From Phoronis australis (taxonomy: Eukaryota; Animalia; Phoronida), in NCBI GenBank assembly GCA_002633005.1, contig NMRA01001098.1:1-37039 (forward strand): a stretch of DNA of 37,039 nt. Direction: 5' to 3'. The position numbers and the translations under genes were made by a program. The notes beneath the pieces are model-generated. The model saw nothing but the letters and a program-made list of their open reading frames with translations, made no database searches and was not told where the DNA came from. Below are positions 22,158 through 33,085 of the stretch, piece after piece (position 1 is the stretch's first letter; every line of letters starts with the position of its first letter).

Positions 22158-25100
22158 TTAAATAGCCACAAGCCCCGGCCTCTAATGACTGAAATTTGCT
22201 ACTCGGAAACTGAAGCTTACAGTTAGATGATCAGTACTATAACCTGAGTAAATGTCGGATGACTCCAACAAACAACACATTTCTTCTGATGCATGAACAA
22301 GGACGAAACCGAGTCTAGCTTTCTTCACCCCGTCGGAAGTCTTTCATGTAAACTTCTTTGCAAGGTGATGAAGACGCCAAGGATCTACTAAATTGAATCT
22401 AGAAGACAGGTTAATCGTTTCGTCTCTGGCTTGTGGGTTGTTGAGGCGCTCGTAACATAAACAATCAATGTCAAAGTTCAGAACCAAGTTTCAATCCCCG
22501 CATAATATGGCATGATCCGTATATCTTTCTCTGAAAGAATGTCACCAATTGTTTTGTAAAAACTTGTGATGTCACGATTTGGCCCATATATGTTAATCAA
22601 GGATATTCGTATTTTCTTCTCAGTAGTGAAGCTCGCCAATAGAAAATTACCATCGGCATCGTAGGTGGCTGAGTTTTTTTATTTAAAGAGCACACACTCC
22701 AGTATGCCTCACCACCGCACAATGCCCGAACAACTACCTCACCGGTATAAGTAAAATGGGTGTTTTGTACTCAATAAATAGAAAAATTCTTGTTTTTCAA
22801 ATAATTAAACATTTGTCTGCGTTTCGCTCAATCTTGTAGACCCCTGCAATTCACCGAGAATATTCCCCAGAAGGCCCAGATGTTCAAAAATATACTTGAA
22901 AAATTGTTTGAGCTCAAAAACACTTGAAGTTAGATCACTATATGATGAAGAAAACATTAAAAGAAAATTTGCACTCAATGTCCTCGTTTTGTACAATTTT
23001 GCAACAGTGGGATCTGACAGTAGCAAATGTCTAATATTTATCAAGATATTTATTTGTGAAACTCACTACAAAACAACATGAGATGAAACATTTTTCTTAT
23101 AAAATTACTCTAATTATCAGCAAAAACTCTTCCAACTTTCCTTCTGCTCAATTTCAGATACTAAGTTTGTTTTACTCGTAAATACCATTAAAGTTTAATA
23201 GTTCGCAATACAATTCCTGCAATAAAGTCAACAGAGTGAGTTCAAAGATCTCTTCTGTAGCCTCTATGGGTCACTGAGTCTCACTGCTGCATCTAAACAC
23301 CATACAATTTAGTTGTAAAAACTAGATGTGATACAGACAGAAACACTTTTTGTGCAATAAAGCGTTTCTCGCACACACTTCCGGTATGCCGTCAACACAG
23401 TACTTGCAGTGACCTCTTTTAGCAGCTTTTATGGGTCAACAGCCCACACCATTGTAGCTAACGTCACGCGGAACAACTCTTTTTCTTGTCATCTTTGCTG
23501 GTGCAGGTTTTGGCGACTTAAAGGAGAATGCCACCCGATTTAATTAGTCTTTTTTGTCGTCTTAATGGGTCTATATCAACATCGCCTAGCATGCGGTCGA
23601 CCTTACCTTGCCGAGAGGTGTCGCGTTAACTTGTGAGGAAGGCGAGAAACGACACAGCGACGTCAGTGGTTCATTTGCAGAGTTAATGCCGCTATGTTGC
23701 GGTGCATCGTTCCCGCTTTTCCGAACTATGCAGCTGCGAGGAAAGCGGGTATATCGTTTCTTCGAATTCTTCGAGAGTCCGAAATGCTTAGGAAGTGGTT
23801 CGCGGTAGTGAAGAATAAAAAAGTACGCTGTAAATAGCAAATATGAGGCCGTGAAACATCTCCGTGTCTGTGGCCTGCAGTCGTCGCGGGACAGTGCCTG
23901 ACGAATGCCGGCTTACCAAATAACTATCCATACGTTCTGTTTGAGCTTGTTCAGGGCGCCTCTCTAGTATTTCTTCATCACTGTATTCCTGTTCGAACTG
24001 ATAGCCTGTGAAACTTAACGATCCACCTACGAAGTTTTCGTCGCGATGAGCTCTCGTCTAAGTCGGAATTGCGAGTTGCCATGTTCTCGTTTATTACTGA
24101 GCGTTCTGAAATGAATTGTTCTCACCCTTACCGATACTTATATCAAACTGAAACAAAGTCTGACTCATTAGATGCAATGTGTAATGTCTTTGGAGTGTTC
24201 GTGAGTGCAAATGATTTGAGAAGCCGGCAATGAATAAATCACAGCGTTCTACTGACCGGCTATAGGTGCAATAAAACTAATTGACGGGACACCGAGGTCA
24301 TGTGAGCTCATGGTAATTCAGTGTTTGCTGACAGAAACTGTTGTGAAACAGCTCAATTTCTATCCCACGGCCAGGTGTTAGGGGAATCTTCATGTACATT
24401 TACATTATTCAAACTGTCAATGTACAACTTAGTGCCGTGATGGTATGCCCAAAGCGGAACCTGGATTCGCGGCCCCCGACGAGTAAGTAGATTTGCAGTT
24501 TCTGGCTAATTCACCAACATAATCACGTGCACTTTACTTCTTTGGCTCGCTAGTATAGTATTTTCTTGACTCTAAGTTTAGTTTCGAACTTTGGCGGGTT
24601 TATGTTCGTGATGTCTGATCGGCTTCCGAGCCAGTGACCGGGATTACGAGTCAGTCCGGCCGCGACGGGCCTGATCAGGCTCCGAGCCACTGGCCAGGAG
24701 TACCAGCGTTTTGTGTGTTTAGAACTCAAAAAATCACAAGTCTAAACAACACAGATCTAGGTTCTCCTGTCTGTATTTCACGGAAAAATACTTCGAATTT
24801 ATCTCCGAACAGACCCCAAACTCCTGCTACCAGGAAGAGATAACCAGGAAGGGACAACTAGCTAAACCGCCGTTTTTGGCCTCCTTCCCCGGATTAATTT
24901 CAGGACTTACGTTTCGTTCAATAGGAAACAGATGATTTTATCAGAGAGATTAAAGCTTTTTCTATAGAAGGATATCAAAAAACTCACTTTGCAACCTTAA
25001 ACAGTGGTGTAATTGTACTTTGAAAATATCGACTTCAGCGCACTGAATCGCAACTTCCCACACGCAGTCACGGGTATTTAAGCTTTTCCGTCGATGTATA

Positions 25101-26649
25101 GATGGCGTAGTAGTCAAGTACTCCTTCATTTGCATATCAAATTTGCATGTGGGAGTTCTGAGACTCTCGTCAGTTGTTGGTCGAGCCCTTGAGTGAGTAA
25201 AGCGGTGACCTCCCGCTGAGAGCACGCGCTGATGAAGATATCACAGTGAACTCGATCGCTTCGCAGTCAGGAGGTGAAAACACTCTCATGACCGCAGTTT
25301 TGAATTCCAGCTAAGCAAGCCCTATTTCGAGGAGCGGACTTGTTTTCGTCCGCTGACAGTGGATTGCAGAGAAGATTAGAATGAGGTCAACATCGAACTT
25401 TCTGCAGCTACCTATCATGTTGACAAAAGTTTGAAGTGTCAGAACCATAGACGGAGCACGCGGGTTGTCTATAATTCCTGTTCTTCTTCAGTTGACGAAA
25501 ACATTGCTATCGGCATAAAAATTCATTTTGAGGTAGATACCTGTATCCAATAATAAATATTAATACTCTGTAATATCTCACCCTCCGCGTTTCGTTTCTT
25601 TGACGTTGTTTGAGGTTGCGGTATCGTGAAACAACGCCGTCGGGTGAGAGAAGTTGCACCGAATAATTGGAATTGGCTGCAGTTCTTCCTTTAGAATGTG
25701 CCGTTTTCTTGGCAAGTCTCTTGCCTGCCGAAATTTTTCTGAGCATTGAAGACATCGGCCTTTTCCTGCGCCAAACAACCTTTTGTCTGCTACAGAAATG
25801 TTATGCCTAGTTTTCTACCATATTAGCACACTTTGTGGCTCTGCTACAATTAGCACTGCCATAAACGTATTTCTTAATTCCGCCACAGTATGCATACTTG
25901 GAAGTTGGTTTTGCCAGGTGTTTTTCCAAATTAAGCCACAACAGTTGTCCATCATTAAATGCCTCAAATTTCTCGACGCCATGGACGTTTCCGTCAACAC
26001 AAAACGCACCCTTGCCATTCTTAAAAATTCGTGTATATGTGCTATAATTGCTTCGAAGGACCGGCAGTAACCGTGGCTGGAATATCGGCAGCTTCGTGAC
26101 TAAGTCAACAACTAACTCTTGTTGAAATTCTCCACACTTCAAAATTCTTGTTTGCAGGTGCTGGTGATTGCCATTCAATGGTTTTCATAATAAGAGACTA
26201 GAAATCCGAGTTGTCACACACGCCCACTGGCCTGGTGCTGCCTTACATTTTCACTGGCCTCCTTGCTACAGTCGACTTGCGAATTAGTGTCCACATTTGT
26301 GGTCACTTGCCGGGTACAGGCCCATGAGACAAGTTGCAGCAACTAATTCAGTACGAATCCATAAACCTTTTTACACGCACAATTAAATGCGCAAAAATGC
26401 CCCTGTATTTCTCAAACCTTTAATTTAATGCTCAAGCTATACAACGAGTGCGTGTTGAAACACAACATGGACCTTGGACCAAAGATGGACTCCTTGCATC
26501 AGGACCTTAGTAAGCGGGGGGAGGGCGAGTCCAACCCCTCAAAAAATTGCATGCCTCAGGGTCAAATCATGGCAACCGACAAAGGGGTGGGACTGGGGAA
26601 GGACAAAAAAGAAAGACTTCGAATACTGATTACTGCGTACTGGGGTGTA

Positions 26650-27684
26650 CTCATTATCGTCTCACGTACAGAGGAAGAACTGTCCCACTTGCCCGAGTGT
26701 CCCACGACACACTCCAACTGGAGGGTGATCTGAGCACCCAAACTGCTTACATCCCGCCGTGTGACTCCCTCGCCACACACCTGGCACCTTCTAAATAGCT
26801 CCAATACAAGTCCACAATATACTTATCAAACTTAGGCTCACCAATCTGTTCACTGAATGACGAACTGTCCTCTTCACTGGGTGTCGAACTGGGCCAGTAT
26901 TCACTCCCACTACTCAACATCGCGGCAGGGCTGCTTACAGGCTCTGGGCTAGAGACAACAGCACAGGGCGAATCACTGCTAGGTCCCGGAATTGCACGCA
27001 ATGGGGTACGTTCGGAGGCACGGGTGACAGTAGATGAAGTGCCTCCAGTCATTGTATATAGTGGCCACAGCTCGCAAGGCTTCTCGCTTCAAAAATGCAC
27101 TTCTCGGAGTTGGCGACGGGGCACTGCCGGGAATCAACAGCGACGGTATGGTACCCTTCTTCAGGCGTTGTTTCGCAGGGACCTTCATCAATTCAGCGTA
27201 CATATCTATGTCGTAATCTGACGGCAGAAAATGCTTGCCACCCTAGGTAACCCTCCTCTTCTTTGTACGTTGCGTGGACGGGTAGCGTTGCGTTCTTCAC
27301 ATGAACGAGCTAGCCAAGTACGGCGAAGTGTGTCAGCCTTCGGAAAGGGACGCAAGGTACCCAAAGCGCGTGTGAGACGATAATGAATACATCCCAGCAC
27401 GCAGCAACAGCGTGGCATGTTGACTGACTTGTAAACAAAAGCAAACGACGACCGAACTTATCCCAAACGAGGTTGAACAATGGCTGACTCGACAGCTCTC
27501 ATAGTCAGACTATAATGAAAAGAAATTGGCGCGAAACTCTTGCCTCCCAAAACGTCACTTCCGGAGTAGAGGACGAGAAAATAATCAAATTACGAAAAGC
27601 TGTAATTAAGTGAAAAATGTGTCTGGGATAATCAACGAACCTTATTTTTTCTAAAAGTGACATGAAAAAAGGTTGCCTTCGCCT
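26650..27684 (-). mobile_element. 5' fragment of a different Kolobok family: terminus + THAP + start of transposase (frameshifted)
   Basis: Minus strand TTAA|AGGCGAAGGCAACC at 27684. ATG at 27418: MPRCCCVLGC..FPK..RRTWL..GKHFLPSDY..LKKGTIPSL, then an acidic linker, then KYIVDL/MELFRRCQVCG...ECVVGHSGKWDSS. No second TIR found. Confidence 0.75.
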
Positions 27685-28412
27685 TTAAGAAATGGCGATG
27701 CGTCACTGAACTTAGTTGTAGCTTGAAGGCTGACTTGCAAAAATTCGATCCATCATCAGACCACCATATCGCAAAGAAGGACACTAAACGATAACAGTGA
27801 TATTCATGAATGTCGGTCAGCTCTAAATGCTTTATTGAATTAAAAACTAGACTAATGAAATTCAAAAATTTACAAACCGTAGATCGAAAAAGAAGTTCAA
27901 GTCATTGCTCATAAATTTGGAAAGATTGTCTTTGCACTTCCTTGACGCTTGTAGTTCCCAGTAGTTTTGTGCAATGAATTTAGGTTCTTCTAAACCGAAT
28001 CGTTTGCTTGCCATTCCCGTGCATACTGCAAAGGCTGGACACGTCGTGAGTCAGTGACGCACCCACGTTAAAAATAAGGTGTAGTCATGCCGCCAGTAGG
28101 CTGCCCGCGTAGAATCCGCGCACAGTGATTGACGGGAAAAGAACTTGAACTGCACTGAGGGGTTGAAGTGTGTGCATTTTTGGGACACCGCGTTCATTTT
28201 CCCCAGCCGCCCGCCAGAAGCTGGACCAGTGGTCGTGTTTCAACAAGGAATTTTGACCCAGCTGTATGGGCCAAGGATTTCGGGATCATATCTTTTAAAA
28301 AAATCTTCATGAAAGGACCGTATTAAAATGAACTTTTCCCGAAACTGGGTCAAAAAAACGCCCTTGGAGCCAGAACACGGGTATAGGTTCGAGTTAAGCC
28401 GCACATCTCAAA

Positions 28413-28514
28413 TGAATCATAGCGGAGTTGACCAACGACTACCATTACTTCGTCGAATTGCGCCTGAATCATAGCAGAGCTAACCAGCGACTAGCATTAG
28501 TTCGTCGAATTGCG
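28413..28514. repeat. 52-bp tandem duplication
   Basis: tgaatcatagc...ttcgtcgaattgcg occurs at 28413 and 28465. Confidence 0.8.
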
Positions 28515-30429
28515 TATGCATGGATCAGACTTCCCTGCGATGCCACGACACCCTGACCGGCCACCGTGGCGGGAGCAGCTAATTTCTTGACTAACACCTG
28601 CTGGATTTAAGCAAAATGACGAAGTCCATGCATACACACATGCAAGCGTATCCAAATACAATTAAATGTATTTCCATGTGAAACCATGTGACTTGTGTGA
28701 GTTCTTAATTTTCTTAGATCTGCCCAATCAGGTAGAACTGTGTTTCAAGTCATTCACTATAGGCAACTGAGGGTTCAAATTGGAAGCTCGCATCGTATGA
28801 CGTCATACGACGTCATATGACGTAGGAGATGCGAGCCTCATTTGCATATACTAGTGACATCTGTTGGTTCAAAAAAGAGGATCATGCCCGAGTACATGCC
28901 TGGGAAGAGGCATCTTTTGGAACGGTAAAACAAGTCATGTTCAAAGCATCCTAGTGCCATTAATATGCAGTCTTTGAGGACCAAAGTGGTGTCATTTTAT
29001 AGCTAAAGAGTTAAGCTTTCAAACACAATACTTGGATTCCAGACGACTTTAACATTTACCTTTGAAATCACCTTTGAAAACACGTTAAAATGCGCTAAAA
29101 CAGTTGTCTCTTCCTGGTTATCTCTTCCTGCTGCTACTAACCTTATTTGCCTGCCGGACTTTGTAGGTCGGCTACGGTGTGTCCAAACACCAATAAATCC
29201 GTAACAGTGAAATAAAACAACATGTTTTCATAAGAACTCGGTGCATTTTTAAGGGTTACACATCGAAGTTTGATGATTTATTGGTATTAAACGATGAACT
29301 CAAGCAATAAGCTGACACCAGTAACCAGTGTTGTGAACTGCTGAACCGAAACCGGTGACGTCATTGGATAATTTCAATACCTCCGTCTGCCGTCAGGTGT
29401 CAGGTAACGCAACCGTACGTGCCCTTATGGAGTAGAACTACTCGATCTAAATTGATACAAATTAGGTTGTTTTTGGGTGGCATGCTCCTTTAACCTTATC
29501 CAACGATGGCCGACCTCGCTTGGGAGCTTTGTACAGTGATGTCGCACTATAGGCCTAGAAAGTTCTCAGCTTCGTGAGCTCACCTTCGGGCTTTGAAGAG
29601 CACATTTTTGGTTCATAAGCCAAAGATTGACCATAACAAGGGTATAATGTGCCAAAAAAGGTACAGATACCACCTTCCGAGTGTGATGCCGTAGTTGTAC
29701 TTAGCTAACAGATCATCCAACAGGTCGACACCACCCATAAACTTATTGCACTGGCTTCACACGAAATGGCCTTGAAATTTAGACATGGGCCTTAGAGCGC
29801 TTGTCCCATTTTTTAACATTATCAGTTGGACTAGCACCAACAAAAGCTGACTTGATAGTTACTGGCTTGTTGCCATACCAGTGCACAATGCAGATGCTTT
29901 CGTCGATCTTGACTTTTTCTTCAAATGAGCCTCTTTCTTATTTTTTGAGACTGTACCCATGGATACGATTGGCTCGTATACTAGTATTGGTTCATCGTCA
30001 CTGTCACAGCTTTCATGATCGCCACCAAGTCACGCTCATCTCCAAAAAATGTGACAAATCACCCAACTTGAGGGTTTTCCTTGTCGTTCTGACTCTAAAT
30101 TAAAGTGAATCAGTAAATCGATTACCTCATTCAACCTAGGTACTACATTACGTGTGTTTCAAAGTAAAATCTTGACAAATAGCAAGTAAGAAACAATAAC
30201 ATAAGTTCATAAAGACGATGATTGAGATCCTATGCAATCATGATGTTGAATGTGATGCCTAAGAGACAACGGACGATAGACCCGGTAGCACAAAAAAGCA
30301 AATTGGTTACTTTATTTACAATCTAACAAGTCAAACTTAAATATTGTTTAGAAGAATAGAAAAACTGCGCAGAAGAAAAAAATAAACTAGGGCACTTTTG
30401 CTAAAAAAAATTTAAAATACTTTACTTGT

Positions 30430-30601
30430 GAGCCAAAGAAGTAAAGTGCACGTGATTATGTTGGTGAATTAGCCACGAAACTGCAAATCTACTTACTCGT
30501 TGGTGGCCGCGAATTCAGGTTCCGCTTTGGGCATACCGTCACGGCACTAAGTTGTACATTGACAATTTGAATAATGTAAATGTACATGAAGATTCCCCTA
30601 A
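30430..30601 (-). repeat. Inverted copy of an internal Kolobok segment
   Basis: Reverse complement of 24378-24548 with few mismatches; a more distant match to about 21349-21545. Confidence 0.85.
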
Positions 30602-31086
30602 AAGCATTAACTGGGCATTAACCCTACCTAGAGTCAGACAGAAGACTAAGCACAAGTGTTGGCATGGTGATGACAGAGCCTGGTGTTGCAATTATGCAAC
30701 ATGGCTTTTCAGGACAAGCGCACTTAGATAACAGAACATTATTCAAAATATGGTTTACACCAGTAAATAACATGACATTTAATGGTTTGAATCCATTATA
30801 TTGCAGTAATAAATTTACCTGGACTGTGTAGAGAATGTCTTTGCATGCTCACAGGGCAGCTTAGAACATTTCTCAAGAGAAGTCCCTCACACTGTAGCAT
30901 TACTGCAACAATGGGCCTTTGATGGTGCACAATCAATAATAGGAGTGGAAAATGATTTGGGGGTTAATTATAGATTGTCAAAAGTGGTGTTGCAATATTA
31001 CAACGTGGGGCCTTCCAGGGTTGTCATCCATTAACAAACATTACCTGCCCGTAACCATATTTGATTCCAAACAACGCATTCACGCC

Positions 31087-31188
31087 AAAAAAAGAAAGTG
31101 TCAAACAGGCAAACCTGCAAGAATCACAGACTCGAACTCACGACCTGCCGAATAGAGCGCGCGTGCTTTACCACTACACCAACACGAA
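31087..31188 (-). ncRNA. tRNA-like Pol III unit (SINE head or tRNA pseudogene)
   Basis: A box TGGTGTAGTGG (31171-31181), B box GTTCGAGTC (31129-31137), T7 run at 31087-31093. The T-stem and acceptor stem do not pair. Confidence 0.55.
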
Positions 31189-31220
31189 TTAACTCATAAG
31201 GTGTGGGGAAATTCTGGCTA

Positions 31221-31670
31221 TGTAGTATAGGGGTTCGCCGTGTGAGTTGCCTCGCAGTGTCGGTAGATACAAAGTGGTGATAACTAGACAGTTCAGCAGT
31301 GAACCTGTCTAAATAACAAGTCGTGTCGGTGTGCTGACTAAATGGCAACTGATTTTATTCTGCACTCCAAGTCATTTATATACACAATCATTGACAAATA
31401 ACCATGACACGTGGGCTAATACTAAGGAAATGACCAAACTATAACACAAACAATTCTTATAAATGATTCCATGTCACAAGGAAGCTAGACTAAATAAGGC
31501 AGATTGTTACGTAACCAATTCCGGAGTTGAAGGAACTCTGCAGTAAACAAACTGTCTGTGACGTATGGCTGGACACTTGAGCTGAGACACATCTGGTTCC
31601 GGTCAGTATGAATCAGCTGACGGGCGAAGTGTTAAAACAAAAACAATACATTATCACGGAATCCGTGACA
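31221..31670 (-). mobile_element. 3' LTR (450 bp) of a BEL/Pao retrotransposon
   Basis: Minus strand TGTCACGG...TACTACA (TG...CA), preceded by a PPT-like CGGGGAG. TATA-like TATATAAA at about 31375-31382 and AATAAA at about 31354-31359. Confidence 0.8.
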
Positions 31671-31805
31671 CTCCCCGGGCAGCCGAAAAAATGGCAAAGT
31701 ACTAAAGAAAAATACATGTCTAGATACTAAAACAAACAATCAACAGAAAACGGTAACTATAACTAACTGGAATATAAATATGCATGTCTCACTAAATAGA
31801 GATAA

Positions 31806-33085
31806 TTAGTCCTTAAAACAATTTCGTATCTTCTGTATGGCTTGCCTTGCTGCATTCCGTACTGGTCGGGAAGTTGCAGTGGTTTGGGTCTCCATCTCCA
31901 GGGCGAGTGGTCGGTCTCTATCGTCAGTGGCGTCATTTACCTCCATTGGATAAAGCTTGGTTAGTGGACGATTCGTAACTCTGTTGCCGGTTCTCACTGT
32001 TGCTGAACGCACAAGGCCATCAGCACCGAAGTGTAACTGTTTGACTTTGGCTAAGGGCCACGAAACACGTTTTTCATCATCCATGTGAATGATGACAACA
32101 TCACCGACTTGAATTCTGTTGCATTGCGGGTTGTTCCCTTTCGTCTGTGCGTGTCTTTCTCGAAGTACCGGCAGATACTCATGTTTCCAGTGTGTCCAGA
32201 AATTGCGAAATACGTTGTCTAGGTGTTTAAAGCGTCTGCTAAGTTGATTTGGGGTCACTGTGTAATCAGGGTCGAGGATTTCCTCGTCTGTGACATAGTT
32301 GTGCGGCAGTGGAGAGATGATGCGTCCATGCAGTAGATGAGATGGGGTTATAGGTTGTAGATCGTCCGCATCATTTGACATGTATGTGAGTGGCCTGTTG
32401 TTGATAATCATCTCTGCTTCTGTTAGGATGGTTGAGAGTTCATCGTAGGATACACATGCGCGGCCAAGTACCTTCTTGATGACTGATTTTGTAACACCAA
32501 TGAGTCTTTCGTAGAACCCTCCAAACCACGGGGCTCGTTTCGGTATAAATGACCACTTTATCTGGTTNCAGTGGAGAGATGATTCGTCCATGCAGTAGAT
32601 GAGATGGGGTTATAGGTTGTAGATCGTCCGCATCATTTGACATGTATGTGAGTGGCCTGTTGTTGATAATCATCTCTGCTTCTGTTAGGATGGTTGAGAG
32701 TTCATCGTAGGATACACATGCGCGGCCAAGTACCATGAGAATGGTGATGTCGGTGGTAGCAGGATCGGGTATTTGTTGTCGTAAGGTATATTGGCATTGT
32801 TAAGTCTCCCTCCACATCGGAGTAAACAGTCTTCATCTAGGAATAGTTTCAATTGTCGCACCAATGGAGATGTCTGCTTGGCACCAGTCAGAATCTCTGT
32901 ACTGTAGTGCTGCTCTTGGATATGATGTAGCCATAGGAATCTTGCAGACTGGATATCGTCTGTAGTGATGGGTCCAACTGTGGTTGTCTTCTTGCGTAAT
33001 CTGGCAACAAACTTGAGGGCATGAGCTGTAACTCGTAACAGCTTAGGAAGCGTCGTAAACCTGTTGATATCTATGGCAAGTTTAA
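31806..33085 (-). mobile_element. BEL/Pao pol 3' part (integrase core and C-terminus plus upstream linker), 5'-truncated and locally mis-assembled
   Basis: IKWSFIPKRAPWFGGFYERLIG, EAEMIINNRPLT, ITPSHLL, FWTHWKHEYL, VGDVV, GADGLVRSA, RPLTKLYPME. 32735-33080 reads KLLRVTA...LRCGGRLNNANIPYDNKYPILLP. Confidence 0.93.

Larger units (their letters stand above)
18320..22860 (-). mobile_element. Decayed L1/Tx1-clade non-LTR retrotransposon ORF2 (APE + RT), interrupted by the 19798-22157 insertion
   Basis: Minus strand: SVNCRGLQD..KRRQMF (about 22858), INIYGPN, DPWR, TDH, GRGLWLF|NNSLL (split by the insertion), IIPKGKK..YWRPISLL, FIKGRFIGEN, VSVDFEKTLDTVSW, CRQGDPLSP. Many stops and frameshifts, and an internal deletion. 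Confidence 0.9.
24831..29130. mobile_element. 4.3-kb non-autonomous DNA element with 28-bp TIR and 7-bp TSD (superfamily unresolved: P/Galileo- or hATw-like)
   Basis: caggaagagataaccaggaagggacaact ... agttgtctcttcctggttatctcttcctg. TSD ctgctac at 24824-24830 and 29131-29137. Absent from copy A at the homologous site. Confidence 0.88.
23522..29489 (+). mobile_element. Kolobok-type element copy B (same family as 19798-22157), carrying a nested 4.3-kb insertion
   Basis: TTAA|aggagaatgccaccc ... gggtggcatgctcct|TTAA. Colinear with copy A at both ends and at about 24290-24825. Decayed THAP at 23686-23900 (MPLCC..KAGISFLRI..RKWFAVVK..HLRVCG). Confidence 0.88.
22865..30000 (-). mobile_element. piggyBac transposase remnant 1, split by the 23522-29489 insertion
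   Basis: 29494-29980 minus: IRANR, RGSFE, VHWYGNKPV, NKFMGGVDLLD, RWYLYLFWH. Continues at 23330-23517 with the Cys-rich tail VPRDVSYNGVG...RGHCKYC...CF. Outer boundaries approximate. Confidence 0.8.

Noticed and set aside
31118-31188. Functional tRNA gene (also 5135-5213)
   Set aside because: A and B boxes are present, but acceptor and T stems do not base-pair and no anticodon arm can be assigned.
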